From assembly GCA_009602735.1 (NCBI GenBank), contig WELA01000395.1, forward strand, positions 255,330-314,547: a DNA stretch of 59,218 nt, written 5' to 3'. This DNA is from Mesotaenium endlicherianum. Lineage: Eukaryota. The translations under genes and the position numbers were made by a program. Shown in pieces: positions 39,501 to 51,530 of this stretch; position 1 is the stretch's first letter; each line of letters begins with the position of its first letter. The notes beneath the pieces were generated by a model. The model was not told where the DNA came from and made no database searches. It saw only the letters and a list, made by a program, of their open reading frames with translations.

Positions 39501-40138
39501 CCTTCTTGACTCTCGATGTCTTTCTTGATGTCTTTTGGCGTGATCAAGGCCAAAAGAAGCTCGTGTCCCTTCCTCACAAGTCTCTTGAGTTGGAGGGCGG
39601 ACAATAGTATCTCGTGTGCCGGCTTCTGGATGTCTTGGGTCTGGATATTCTGGATTGCGCGCAAAATACAGATTCTTGAAGTGATGTCATTCTTGATCTT
39701 GATAGTACCGGTCCTCCAATCAACTTGGGGGTTGTGCTTGGTCAACCAAGGCGTCCCTAGGATGACGTCGTACTTGCCCAATTGCATGGGGGAGAACACT
39801 ACTCTATCCTTGAAGGACTTGATAGAGAGTGCCAAGGGGTACGTCTTCTTGGAAGGGGTAGTATAGGAGAATCCATCGGGCATCATAATCTCCTCGTCGT
39901 GGTCAAGAGTTCGCATAGTAATACCGTGCTTGGTGGCAAAATCTGCAGCAATGAAGTTGCCTTGAGCTCCGCTATCCACCAAGATGTGGACCTTCTCTCC
40001 TCCAAGGTAACCTCTCAAACTCATTGGGGCTGGAACGTCGTCTTCAACGGGGGTCTCCACCTCACTTGGCGTGTTGCCTTCTCGTGAAGTGGGTCTTGGG
40101 GTGGTAGGCTCCTGGCCTACCGGCGCTGTCCGTTTTTT
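36530..40138 (-). CDS. pol: Element B Pol: protease, RT, RNase H, integrase, chromodomain (expressed by -1 frameshift from gag)
   Basis: LVDSGA; FIDD; TDAS; HHCC; SMDLI/SDRD/QTER; YEVEDIV...[15 protein letters not shown]; uninterrupted ORF. Confidence 0.95.
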   Translation of the reverse strand, partial: KKRTAPVGQEPTTPRPTSREGNTPSEVETPVEDDVPAPMSLRGYLGGEKVHILVDSGAQGNFIAADFATKHGITMRTLDHDEEIMMPDGFSYTTPSKKTYPLALSIKSFKDRVVFSPMQLGKYDVILGTPWLTKHNPQVDWRTGTIKIKNDITSRICILRAIQNIQTQDIQKPAHEILLSALQLKRLVRKGHELLLALITPKDIKKDIESQEGSPVPKEIQEVLEDYKEVFSPELPKGLPPKRFVDHKIELEPGSKPISRPTFKMSYTELDEVKKQIKELLEHGFIRPSKSPFGAPVLFVKKKDGTLRMCVDYRALNKITIKNRYPLPRMDELMDRLVGAKYFTKIDLRSGYHQIRIAEPDIEKTAFRTRYGHFEFMVLPFGLTNAPATFMTMMNTIFQPMLDRFVVVFIDDILIYSKTLEEHARHLKEVLEVLKQNKLFAKESKCEFAKQEVEFLGLHVTADGIKIDPKKTTVVEEWPTPTTKKELQSFLGFANWYRKFIQGFSHIAAPLTDLLKKDRLYTWTEKEEEAFQELKRRLTTSPVLTLPSPNPDWPFHVITDASSYAIGAILLQDQGKGLQPIAYESRKLNPAEQNYTTTEREALAIVHALKVWRCYVEGRKVLVTTDHEALKHLQTQPYLSRRQARWSGYLQQYNITIQYQPGKTNPADPLSRLQLNAVMVSLKTDLEARFSAAYERDPYYKNGEAALDPCKKQEGNYWVRQDTGQRCVPNDLDLRLLLLREAHDNPLGGHFGILRTTGVLARTYCWPGMSKQVKEYCRSCDTCQRIKPSSQKAGGLLQPLPIPERQWTDISMDLIVDLPVTPRGHNAILTAVDRLTKMAHFIPTTTKATAPQLARLIFDNIFRLHGLPSRIVSDRDPRFTSHFWKNLFKNLGTSLDMSTAYHPQSDGQTERMNRTLKTSLKAYVSTLEQDWDMYLTPLEFAYNNTTQASTQESPFFLNYGFHPTTPLSFTAGHDEVPAATDFMETLEAALTAAKKALQHAQDAQARVANRSRREITYRVGDNVLLSSKNISLNNRPAGSKFSPKYLGPFKIIQQVNPVAFKLELPQTMHIDPVFHASLFKPYVQPDNKFPGRVTTPPAPTIVDDHLEYEVEDIVAMRNFRRQQQYLIKWKGYPDSENSWVAAHYLDKVQRKLKRFHAANPHLGPAPSLSTRSPKTSGRQPATIKKQQKTPWRQPARTRKRKN

Positions 40139-41397
40139 GACAACTTTTTGGGGCATGAAAGTGCACGATGGCCCTTTTCCTTGCAATAAAAGCATAGTCC
40201 AGCCGTCATGAGAGCTTCTTTTTCAGCCGGGGAGAGTCTTGCTTTCACTCCTTGCTGGTTTCTTGCATCATAAGTGTCATTGGAGGGTCTTCCACTCTTC
40301 CGGGCAGCCGCGGGGTCCCTTTTAATAACTCCGATTTCCATGGGTGTGGGTCCAGATTCGGATGTGGAAGGGGCTGCGTACACCCGCGTCGTCGGTACCC
40401 GTGAAGATGAAGGCACGGAGTGCTTGAAATCCAAGGTATCCACCTTTTGGGCCACTTCAATGATCTTTGAGAAGTCCGTCAAGTCGCGTAACTCCACTTC
40501 CTTTGCCACCTTGGGTTTGAGGCCAAAGATGTAGCGGTCAATCTTCTCCTCGAGAGACATGTTGGGGATCTCAAGAGTGAGGGCGTGAAATCTGGATGTA
40601 TACTCTTGAACGGACGTCGTTTGCTTGAGATGGTGGAGCTTTCCTCGGGCAATCTTCTCCGCATTGATGGGCATGAATTGCTTCTTGAGGGCCTCACGAA
40701 AATCTGCCCATCTTGCATATGATGGTGGGGGCTCTTGGCCGAGCATGGGGTGCGCCATAGCTTGATATATAGCCGCTTGATAGTTACGCCACCATGATGT
40801 TGCTGCTCCTCTAAGTAAGGTAACGGCAAAGGGAACGTAGTCCTCCTCGGGTACTTCAAGGAATGCGAGGTACGTCTCCACTTGGTAGAGCCATAAATTC
40901 AGGTTGGCACCTTTCCCGGGGTTGAAAGTGTCGGGTTTGCCGGGCTTGATGAGTTTCCTTGCTCTCGTTGGCTCTTGTGGAGGCGCTTGAGCCGGGGCTG
41001 GATTTTGAGCATTGCTCGCAATAGGGGCAACCATGGCAGCCATAGCTTCTCTTGACGCTTGCACGGTTGCTTCATAGGTGGCCAAGCCCACTTGGTTGTG
41101 GACGGTCATTAGGAAGGCTGCCCACTCATTTGCGGGAACTCCTTGTGGTGGGGTCAACTTTGCTATAGCGGCTGCCACGGGATTTGACGGTGCTCCTCCT
41201 TGTGGTGCTTCTTGTTGTTGGAGATTTCCTTGAGTAGGCTCTCCCATCGACGCTGGAGGAGGGTGTGCTCCTCCTTGTGGTGCTTCTTGTTGTTGCAGAT
41301 TTTCTTGAGTGGGCTCTCCCATCGGCGCTGGAGGAGGGTGTCTTGGAGAGGAAGGGCTTCCTTCGAAAGCTTGCTGTTGGTCTTGAGGATCGGCCAT
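40117..41397 (-). CDS. gag: Element B Gag (426 aa) with CCHC zinc knuckle and a 75-bp tandem duplication at 41191-41340
   Basis: KPDTFNPG...W...[10 protein letters not shown]...GPTPMEIG...[14 protein letters not shown]. Confidence 0.93.
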   Translation of the reverse strand: MADPQDQQQAFEGSPSSPRHPPPAPMGEPTQENLQQQEAPQGGAHPPPASMGEPTQGNLQQQEAPQGGAPSNPVAAAIAKLTPPQGVPANEWAAFLMTVHNQVGLATYEATVQASREAMAAMVAPIASNAQNPAPAQAPPQEPTRARKLIKPGKPDTFNPGKGANLNLWLYQVETYLAFLEVPEEDYVPFAVTLLRGAATSWWRNYQAAIYQAMAHPMLGQEPPPSYARWADFREALKKQFMPINAEKIARGKLHHLKQTTSVQEYTSRFHALTLEIPNMSLEEKIDRYIFGLKPKVAKEVELRDLTDFSKIIEVAQKVDTLDFKHSVPSSSRVPTTRVYAAPSTSESGPTPMEIGVIKRDPAAARKSGRPSNDTYDARNQQGVKARLSPAEKEALMTAGLCFYCKEKGHRALSCPKKLSKNGQRR

Positions 41398-41942
41398 CTT
41401 CTTGTGCTACCAAAGTGCCTAGCTCCGATACCACTGTAGTGAAACAGATAGATAAAGTACTTAGTAAAACAGAATACTTTATCTATTCAAGACAAGGATC
41501 TTTGAACACAAGTGGTAGCTTCTTGAAAGAGAGATGGCTTCTTGAAAGTTAATATATTTCTGGATTTTGGCAAGTACAAGAGTGATTCTGGAATGTCTTT
41601 CTATGTTCTAGCTCTTGTTTATATACTTGCTACATAAGTAATTTCTAGGAAGGTGTATGTTGATGTGTTGGCACCCAACACATCCCAAAACTTGCCACCT
41701 CTTTCTAGAATAATGTACACATGTCCTTTTGACCTAAAAATGGCACATCTGACTTTTGCCACATGGAGTTCTTCTAGGTCTTTCCTCTAACTTCGAAAAT
41801 GCCTTGGAAGGTTCAAAGGACATGAACCAAGTTACTAGAGTACCTATTCACACTTGAATCCACACAATACTACTCCAAATATATTTGAAAACATTAAAAT
41901 ATATGCATACTAATATATAATAACTCAAATCACTACAACTGT

Positions 41943-43300
41943 CATCTGGTACTCCTGGAGCTTGGAGCTTGAGAGCCCAGCGAGCCAATTTACCAGTGAG
42001 GTCTCCATTGTTCATCAGCCAGAGTAACGGCGAGTGATCTGTGATCATTGTGAAGGGTCTTCCCCATAGATACTCTCTGAAATGTGCAACAGCCCAAACC
42101 ACTGCCAGTAGCTCTCCTTCGTAGGACGAGTAATTGCTCTCCGCTCGGTTGTTAGAGCGCGAGGCATAGGCAATGACGTACTCCTCTCTAGGACTTGCAG
42201 CCTGAGGGAGTACTGCGCCGATTTCCACACGACTCTAGTCAGTGTGTAGATTGAAAGGCTTGGAGTAGTCGGTTTTCGCAAAATTGGGGCCATTACCAGA
42301 CGCTCCTTGAGCTCGTTCATGGTCTTCTCCTGGGCTTCCGTCCACACAAAAGGTACGTTCTTTTTTAGGAGTTTTGTCAAGGGTTTAGCAATTTTGCTTT
42401 AGTCCTTCACAAATTTACGATAGTATCTGCTTAGTCCTAACGGGGCTTTCAGCTTAGACACGTTCGCTGGTGCAAGTATCTTGTAAATGACTTCAGTCTT
42501 TACAGCCTGAGGGGATATAGCATTGTTCCCAATCTCATGTCCTAAATAAGGCACATGTGCCTCAAAGAATCTGCATTTTCTAGGTTGCAGCCTCATCTGG
42601 AATTTCTCCAGGCGCTGGAACACTTGTTCCAAGTGCTCGAGGTGCTCTTTTATGGACTTGCTAAACACCACCACGTCATCGATGTAGGGTTTTGCAAAAT
42701 CCAGCCCCTCCAGCACTTTGTCCATAGTCCTCTAAAAGATGGCAGGAGCATTTTTCAACCCAAACGGCATTATCGTCCATTGCCAAAGTTCCCTTGGAGC
42801 CCAGAATGCGGTCTTACCTCGATCTTCTGTTTTCACAGGGATCTGGTTGAAGCCTTTGCGTAGATCGATGGTGCTGAACACCTTTCCGGTGGTAGCAATC
42901 GCAAAGACCCGCTCTGGTGTAGGCATCACATAGTTGTCTGGCTCCGTGTGAAGATTCAGTCGTCTGTAGTCTCCACACATATAAGTGGCGATATAATTGC
43001 CAGCCTCGTCCTTCTTGGCAACTACTACTGTGGGAGCTCCATGTACTGAGGTTGATTTCTCAATCATGCCGAGCTTGTGCAGCACCTGGCAAGTTTTCTC
43101 CATACAGTCCCATTCGGTCTAACTGAGCTTATGCGACCCAAGTCTAACTGGGTTATCAGTATTTAGTGTGATCTCACACACACTGGCAGTGATTCTACCA
43201 ATCTCCTCCTTGGTAAAAGCAAACACCTTGCGGTGCTTCTTCAGCAGCCTTTCTACTTATGCTCTTTGTTGAGCTGAGACCATTTTTCCAATACTGAAAA
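41943..43300 (-). pseudogene. Element A reverse transcriptase and RNase H (stops and frameshifts)
   Basis: MCGDYRRLN, IDLRKGFNQIP, MPFGLKNAPAIF*, PYIDD, YVIAYASRSNNRAESNYSSYEGELLAVVWAV, TDH, ARWALKLQ. Confidence 0.9.
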
Positions 43301-45499
43301 CCTCAGTTTCTAGCTGCTTTTCCCCAACACAGGCATCCAGTAGTTGCTACTCTTTGGGTCAAGGTGGGGGTATTCTGCCCTCATCCTGACCTTCAGGCTT
43401 TTTTGCCTGATTGTTAGGAGGTGGAGTGGCAGGCCCGTAGCTTGCTGCTCCACTGCTTTAGGCTCGACTGCCCGCTTCCTAGGCTTTTTACCTTTCTCGA
43501 TGGATCGTCGACTCTCGTGTTGAGTGGGGTATGTCACACGCCTCCGGATGGGCTGCCTCAAGAACCTTTCTTCATCTGCAGCAGTCCAGCTGGTCCCTGT
43601 TCCTCCCTCTTCACGTGGCGGGGGCGGATTTGGCAACGGCCACCCTGCTAGATCTGCTCTGGGGTCAATTGTCCAACCCCATTCGCGCTCAATAGTAGTA
43701 ATGCGCGCAACGGTTGTGCCAAACTCCTCCTTGGCTGGTGGCGTAAGCGTCCATGCTTGTGTCAACGTCTGCTGTCTTTGAGCCGCAGCTAGTTGTGCGT
43801 ATACAACATTTTCTGCTGTCAAGCGGCTTATGGTGCTTCTCAGCTCTACCAGTTCCCTTTCAGAAACTCAGATGTCTTAGGAGCTGAACTGTCATTTTCC
43901 CACGTTCCAGTGGATGAAAGACGCACCATGGGAATGTGAATTCATAGTGCCATGGCTTTGCGAATCAAGCCATCCTCTCCTTCTCTCTGCAAAATCTCCA
44001 GGATAGGTTGCGGAGGTGGAGCCATGGTTCCTTTTGGAACCCCTTCTCTCTAAGCTGTTCCCCTATACTTGAGATAACGCATCAACATCCGCCTGAAAAA
44101 TGCATTTCCTTCCCGGGCTACCTTCCTTGGTCTGCTTGCGCGACTGCGAGGATTACCTTGTGTTGGTTCCACCTTAGCGGTACAGGCAGCCACTTCCTGC
44201 GGCTGTTGTAGCTGATGGGAAATAGCTTCTGGTGCTGGAAAACTGGCGGTTGGGGTGCTGGATGTAGGCGACCTCAAATTGTTGTATAGATCTGATGGGC
44301 TGGGCCCCTCCATGATCAAGTGGTTGGCCACCCAGTCATCCGTCCTGAGCTTTTGTAGCTCCAACAGATCCAGCTCTGGGGTAGGAAAACGTGCAATTTC
44401 TTCTTGAATCTTCTCTTCATTGGTGACTGGCGGCAGGTCGAACCCTGGAAGACCTGGCATTTCTGCGTCATCTTCAACTGACGTCTCCACTCCAGGTGGT
44501 GGCGGCTCTTCATCATTATCTGTGTTGAGGTTCGCCAAGTTGACAATGGCTGATTGCAGTGTGCTTGCTACCTTAGCCACTTCCTTTTCCTTGTGCTGTC
44601 GAGCGTCTGCTTCCAGCAGCTGCTCAATGATTTGCCTTGTAATGGATTCAGCTGTTTGAACTATCTGAACCCTGCTGTTGCCCCTAAGCCTGCGGCTCTG
44701 GACTCACCAAAGCAGGTGTTGTAGGCAATTTCTTGTCCAACTCCTCCTAGCGTTCTTCGAATATCACTTTGAGGCATATGGTCTTTGCAGACCCTCCAGA
44801 ATCTCCTAAATTCTGGCTACTCTCTTCAGCCCACTCACCAATATTGCACTGGCGTTCTCGCCCTAATGCTTGGTTTAGATAATATCCAATTTCTTCAGGC
44901 GTTGGCTCAGGAGTCTTCTTCTCAGACTCTTTTGACATGTCTTGTAATGGCGCTTGCTCTTGTGAAGACGACAGACACTGTTGGTTAGCTTCCCAGCTAC
45001 TTGAGCTAACCTGCCAGTAGTCTCCGCGCCCAGCTGCTCTTGGGTTGCAGTTGATATCATACCCTGATCTGGCATCTTCTGGAGTCTCCTCACGTCTTGA
45101 TGTCGTGGCTCCGGGGGGTGAGCTCCCAAATATCTGGCTGTGAGGGGCGTTTCTCACAGATGATGGAGTGTTTTGCGTATCGTCTTCTACTCTTGGCAGC
45201 GGCGTTGCCTGCTCAGGTGCCTCGTCCCCCATGGGTGTATCTTCTTTTTCCAGAGGTGCTTGTAATTTATTGGTCCAGTTATCAATCCGGTCCAACAGAT
45301 CCTGGCATCTCCTAAATTCAACCACCCTAGCTTGCCTGAGTGCTCTGTCTCTAGCAGCTTTCGCTGCGTCTCTTTGCACACCGTATTCTTCTTGTTGCAG
45401 GTGTGCCGTCCTGATAGCTCTTTGATCAGACGTTAGCACCACATTAACTCCAGTTGTCACTGGTCTTGTCCTCGGCATAGGCTTGTCAGTGAAAGTCAG

Positions 45500-46312
45500 C
45501 TGCTGCCATGTCATGATTGTTTCCACCAACCAAGTCATAGAGTGCTGCCCAATCATGTTGCCGAAAATCTTTGCAGCTTCATCTGACCCTACAGCACCGG
45601 CTATATGTCGAGCTATGTTGTCGGGTATTCCAAGGCATTTGCCCTTCTCCACCGCAGTAGGCTCTCTCCAAACGGCGTTTCATTCATGCATGTCTTTGAC
45701 CATTCCTGGTTTACCTCCTCCGAAGGCTCGGGATCTTGGATATGCTGTGAAGGTTGGCAGTACCACCCTTGGCTGACTTGGTTCGTTGATGACACACTGT
45801 GGATAGGAATCCCTCCTGGCCACCGGTCTGGTATGCACCGCCAGCGCCTCTTCCACTGTCAATGTCGTTGATGATCGTCGTGTAATGTCCTCCATCTCCC
45901 TCAGGACCTCAATGGATATGCCATTGGTCCAAAATATCCTGGCCCTATGGGATATTTCTCCGTGCTTGGCGTCGGTGATTAACACATGATGGCCCAAAGT
46001 GGAGTCGAAAATCAGCCATGGTTCTCCCGGCTTCATCTGCTTGTAATCCATTCCTGGATGTACATTCTCAATCACAAACACTGGTGGGTAATAGTGCTGT
46101 CGTTCCCGCAGCATGCTGATGATTTTCACCATCCATCCCCAGTGTTGTGCTCGTGGATAATTGAATCCGCTCCGATTTCTAGCTTGAGAAAACGGTTGAC
46201 AAGGAAATCCGGCAAAGATTAAGTCAATTTTGTAGCCATACAGGTGTTCAGGCTTCACATTGATGATGTTGCCTCCAGCGATGCGCTCGACATTGCTATA
46301 TGTGGGCGCCAT
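45500..46312 (-). pseudogene. Retrotransposon-encoded C5 cytosine DNA methyltransferase domain (DNMT3-like), motif I deleted, one in-frame stop at 45680-45682
   Basis: Motif IV DLIFAGFPCQPFS, motif VI FVIENV, motif VIII TDAKHGEISHRARIFWTN, and in the same frame after the stop motif IX REPTAVEKGKCLGIP and motif X KIFGNM. Confidence 0.88.
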
Positions 46313-46314
46313 CC

Positions 46315-49300
46315 TTTAAAATGATGCATTTGCCTCCACAGAGAGCTATGGAGCACAAGATTGAGTTGGAACCAGGGAGCAAGCCACCAGTGAGACCCGC
46401 TTATCGTCAATCGTTTGCGGAGTTGGATGAGTTGAAGAAGCAGCTGACAAAGTTATTAGAGAAGGGATTCATCCGACCCAGCGAGTCTCCATTTGCAGCG
46501 CCAGTTTTATTTGTGAAGAAGAAGGATGGGACTATGAACATGTGTGTCGACTACCGGGCACTCAACAAGGTCACCATTAAGAACAAGTACCCACTTCCAC
46601 AAGTGAACGACTTGATTGACAGGCTTGTCGGCGCGAAGTATTTCTCGAAGATTGATTTGAGGATTGGCTATCACCAGGTACGAATTGTGGAAGGAGACGT
46701 TCAGAAGACTGTCTTCAGGACTCGTTATGGCTTATTCGAGTTCACAGTCATGCCTTTTGGATTGACTAATGCACCTGCTACATTCATGGGACTCATGAAT
46801 AGTATCTTCAGACCCTACTTGGACCAGTTTGTGGTGGTATTTTTGGACAACATCTTGATCTATTCGAAGACCTTGGAAGAGCATGTGGAGCATCTGAAGG
46901 TGTTGGAGGTCTTGAGAGATCAGAAGCTGTATGGAAAGATGAGCAAGTGCGACTTCTGTCTCAAGGAAGTCGAGTTTCTTGGGCACATAGTGGGGGCTGA
47001 AGGAGTCAAGATGGAGCAGAAGAAGGTGCAAGCAGTCAGAGATTGGCCAATACTTGCTGATATTCATCAACTCAGAAGTTTCCTCGGCATGGCGAATTAT
47101 TATCGACGTTTCATTGAAGGATTTGCCAAGGTGTGTGCACCGCTCACGGACATGTTAAAGAAGCAGGAGAAGTGGCTATGGGGTGACAAGGAGCAGCAAC
47201 CCTTCGATAAGATTAAGGAGCTGTTGACACACGCACCTGTGTTGGCAATTGCCAGTTTAGAGCTTCCTTTCACCATCATCACGGACGCATCAAACTTTGC
47301 AGTGGGAGCCATTCTTCACCAGGACCAAGGCAAAGAATTGCAACCTATGGCATATGAGAGCAGGAAGCTGAGTCCTGCTGAGCAAAACTATGCAGCACAC
47401 AAGCGGGAGATGTTGGCTATTATCCAGGCTTTGAGGATTTGGCGATGTTATGTGGACGGCCGGAAGGTGTTCATCAAGACCGACCACAAGACCTTGGAGA
47501 AGTTTATGACGCAGCCAACGTTGACACCAAGACCAGCAAGGTGAATGGAATTTTTGCAACAGTTCGATCACAAGATTAAGTACTTAGCTGGGAAGATCAA
47601 CCCTGCAGACGTTTTATCCAGGAGGTGTGACCTTGCAGCTGTCTCAGTCATCAAGGAGAGTATGGACTTCAAGGAGAAGCTTCAGAGAGGTTATGAAGAG
47701 GGCTCAGAGTTTGTTCACGGGAGAGCAGCTGAGTCCAACTCAAGTATGCAGAAGGATATAAGGAGGACCCAGAGTATGCTGACGGTGGAGCAGCTGAGTC
47801 CAACTTGAGTATGCAGAAGAAGGACGGTATATGGTATTATGGTGATTCCAAGAGAGTGGTGGTACCTGACATCAAGGAGCTACGAGACTTACTACTTGCG
47901 AAGCATCATGAGTGCTTATATGTTGGACACTTTGGAAGCGAGAAGACGGCAAGCGTGCTGAAGCGGAAGTACTATTGGAGAAATATGGACAAGGACAATG
48001 AAGAATGGATCAGGAGTTGCGATGCGTGCCAACGTAACAAGACACCAAATCAAAAGAAGGGAGGTACATTGCAGCCCCTACCTATTCCAGAGTATCCTTG
48101 GGAGCAGATTGCTATGGACTTCGTCACATCTTTACCAGTGAGTGGTCAAGGGCACAATGCAGTATGGGTTGTGTCTGATAGACTCAGCAAAATGGCACAC
48201 TTCATTTCCATGAAGGAGACTTCTACGGCAGCAGATGTGGCACGGCTGTTCTTTGATATTTTCAAGCTACATGGGTTGCCGAAGGTGATTGTTTCAGATT
48301 GGGATCCAAGGTTTACTAGCAACTTCTGGCGGTCATTGTTTACTTTGATGGGGACCAAGCTGAGTATGAGCACTTCCTATCATCCTCAGACAGACGGGCA
48401 GAGTGAGAGGCTCAACAAAACTTAGCAAGAGGTGCTCAGGAGTTTCACTATGGAAGACCCTAGAGTGGGACATGAAGCTGCCAGGATTGGAGTTTGCCTA
48501 CAACAACAGCATGCAAGGATCCACCAAGCAATCACCATTCACTATAGTTTATGGGAGAGAAGTATATCATCCAGGGAACATCTTGTTGGAGAAGGCCGAG
48601 GAGATTCAAGTTCCTACTACACAAGCTTTTATGGAGCGGATGGCCAAGACTTGGGATATGGCGAAGACGTGTATTCGGAAGGCACAGAAGAAACAGGTCA
48701 AGTATTCCAACAAGCACAGGAGGGAAGTGACATACCATGTGGGTGACAAAGTACTCTTGTCAACAGAGAACCTACCTTTCACAGGCAAGACAAAACTGCG
48801 GGCACGGTTTACAGGTCCCTTTGTGGTGCTCAAGCAGGTTAATCCAGTGACCTACAACTTGGAACTTCCTTCAGGCTGGCGTATCCATGATGTGTTCCAT
48901 GTCAGTTGTTTGCGGTCATACGTTGACCCAAACGAAGGACATCCAGGACGACTACCTACACCGCCACCACCGGTTGAGATCGATGATGTGTTGGAGTATG
49001 AAGTGGAGGCGATTGTCGACGATCGACGAGTCAAGCAAGGTCAACGATTTGTCCAAGAGTATCTGGTCAAGTGGAAGGGCCACCATGCGGACGACAACAC
49101 TTGGGAGCCAGAGGCCAACTTGACTCATTGCAAGAGTAAGTTGAGGCGTTATCCACAGAATGCGTCGAGGACGTCGCATCTTGAGGAGGGGGATGATGTA
49201 AGGTCATAGGTTCATAAAGTGCCTTTTTGAGTTTCATGAAAGTATGTTTTGATTGTAGATTAGTGTAGAGTGCATTTTTGTGGTCATTTTAATATAAAGT

Positions 49301-49939
49301 TCATCGAATTTGGTCAAGTATTGAGAGAGTTATGGATTTCCGAAGTTTAATTAGTTTTGAGGTCGGTTGACGACTGTCCTTAATTCGCGGTGAGTGCGAC
49401 CGTCGGATTGACCGACAGCGTCGAGCGATCTGGCCCGTTAGAATGAACTCGAACCTTCACGTAAGTTCGGCTGACGCGGAGTGCCGACTAGGTCGATTTA
49501 CCTAGAAGTTTCGGTTAGCCTAGCGCGTCTAAGATAGAATATTCTAGTAATGTCGATGCATGTATGTGGACGTCAATTCGGCCCGACACGTCAAGTTAAA
49601 ATGATCTGGCTTACTCACGAATATTCTGGAAGGGACGATTTGACAAACACTAAGGAAAATCCGTAGCTTCCTCCTAGGAAGAAGCACTTAGGCAAAAAAT
49701 TGTCTATAGGCATAACTTCTTTGTTTTTTATCAGCTTTTACTTCTGTAAATTTCTACGGGTTTGTAATGACAAGGCCTTTCATCCTAGTACATTTGTGAG
49801 CAATTTCTTGGTACTCAAAATGTTGAGTATTTTTCCTAAGCTTTCTTAGTGATATGAAGCTGCACTCTTTAGTATGATTGCAACTAGTTCCTTTCCTCGT
49901 GAGTTACTATGCTTCCACTAGGGCACTCTGCCCCTTTCA
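46315..49939 (+). mobile_element. Element C: 5'-truncated chromovirus (RT, RNase H, integrase, chromodomain, PPT, 3' LTR 49197-49939), decayed
   Basis: RT FLDN (catalytic D mutated); TDAS; integrase; YEVEAIV...YLVKWKG...TWEP; PPT GAGGAGGGGGATGA; LTR TGTAAG...TTTCA; stops at 47544 and 48425. Confidence 0.92.
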
Positions 49940-51530
49940 GGCCCCCAATTTCTTTCATTTTTTCCTTGTTTGCCTCTTTCATGGCAGCATTTGCCCAAGG
50001 CGATCTTAAATTTGGGTTCTCAGACCAACACTCATCTTCTGAATGTCCCTTCTTGCTGCAATGTGCACATATCTGTTCCTTGCTAGTAGATAATTGCTTA
50101 GCATCTGGGTACGGACAACCCCTCTTCTGATGTCCTGATTTCCCGCACTTCCAACAGCTCTCTGCGGTTTCAGCAGTGTTGGCATGCTTAGCAAACGTGT
50201 TGAAAGACCCGCTCTTTTTCTTAAACTGAAAATTAGAGCTGTTGGCCTTAGGTGGAGAGGATTCCTCCCTCCTCTCAGGAGCCATAAGCGTTTTGGAAGC
50301 CTCTTTGTACCACACTTTACCTTCTTCAACATTGCGTGCTATTTCAGCCGCCTCGTCGATGTCCCAGTCAATCCCGTGCTTTGCGGACAGATGTGGCCTG
50401 ACTTCACGATCTGTTTCCTTGCCCAAGCACAACAAAAACTTGTCAGCCACTATTCTGGGCTCGTATATTCTTGCCTTTTTTGCGTGGTCTACCAATCTAG
50501 ATTTAACCTCCATGACTGTCTCGTTCTTTTGACGGACAAAATGCACATAACAGTGCACCTTAAGACTGCGATCTTCTGGGAATCGTGCTTGAAGCAACTT
50601 AAAGAAACAGCGCAGACAATGCTCGGGGTCTAGTTGGTCATCCCCAGCCTCCATATCCTTACGACAGCTAGCCAGGGCTTGCGCATGGCTTGCCTCTGTC
50701 GTGGCGCTATTGCCTTGCTGGCCATTAAAAGGTGCAGCTCTGCGTGTTACTCGTTCTTGAGCAATAGCAATCTTTTCAGACAATTCTGCACACACTTTTC
50801 GCAACTCTGTGACAGAGCCGGCATCATCGCTCTGAGTAGCAGCCCTTCGCTGACCCTCAGTGAGTTGCCTCATGGCCTCTGTTAATTCTTGTGTTAGTGC
50901 AGCTAAGCCTATGCTCTCAACAGGTGCAGTTGGCATTGCTCTTCCCGAAGATAGAGCAGACATTCGGGCTTTCGCAGCCTCTTTCTGGATTTTCAAATTC
51001 CGTGCCCTTTTCTGTTCTGCAAATGCCCATTCTTGGGTGAGATCCTCATCCTTCCGGAATTGGCGATATAGCTGCAGGGCATCCTTGTCCAAGTACTGAA
51101 CCAAGCCTATAAGTGCGACAGATTGCGTATAAGAAGAATCCTTCCGAATCTTCTCAAAGAATTTCGCCCAATAGATTTCATCAAACTCTTTGAAAGTCAG
51201 ACCATTTCTGCTGGTTCATCCGCTAAAGCACTTTGCAGACAGCTTGAACTTAGGATTTTCATCCCGATCATCACCGGCCATTTCGAACGGTGACCAGGAC
51301 TCACTGACTCTTCCCCACACGTCTTGCTCTCTGCCCTCAGGTACAAAGGCTTGTGTGTTATCCGGGTTTTCACCGCTTGCGGAGATATGACGGGACTCGT
51401 CTCTCGACAGTTGCTCACTCCACCTGTTGTCAGTATGCTCAGACGTTTCACTTCCTCGTGGACTCTGGCTAAAATCAAAACCTTCTACAAGCTCCACAGA
51501 GTGTTAGAGTCTTCCACTCTTTAACCGCAT
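49940..51530 (-). pseudogene. Gag of element A (two zinc knuckles), cut at 49940 by element C LTR; in-frame stops near 51505 and 51216
   Basis: CWKCGKSGHQKRGC and CAHCSKKGHSEDEC; RQKNETVMEV; frame continues upstream to MRLKSGRL at 51530. Confidence 0.8.

Larger units (their letters stand above)
35193..41937 (-). mobile_element. Element B: full-length chromodomain-bearing Ty3/Gypsy retrotransposon (chromovirus), LTRs 41435-41937 and 35193-35760, TSD ACTGT
   Basis: LTR termini TGTAGTGA...TCACTACA; ACTGT at 35188-35192 and 41938-41942; tRNA-iMet-type PBS TGGTATCGGAGC at 41422-41433; PPT GGGGGGGTGA at 35761-35770. Confidence 0.95.

Noticed and set aside
45500..46312. Bacterial restriction-modification gene or contamination as source of the MTase
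   Set aside because: Embedded co-directionally in Gypsy coding sequence, decayed like it, DNMT3-like motif VIII, no endonuclease or bacterial context
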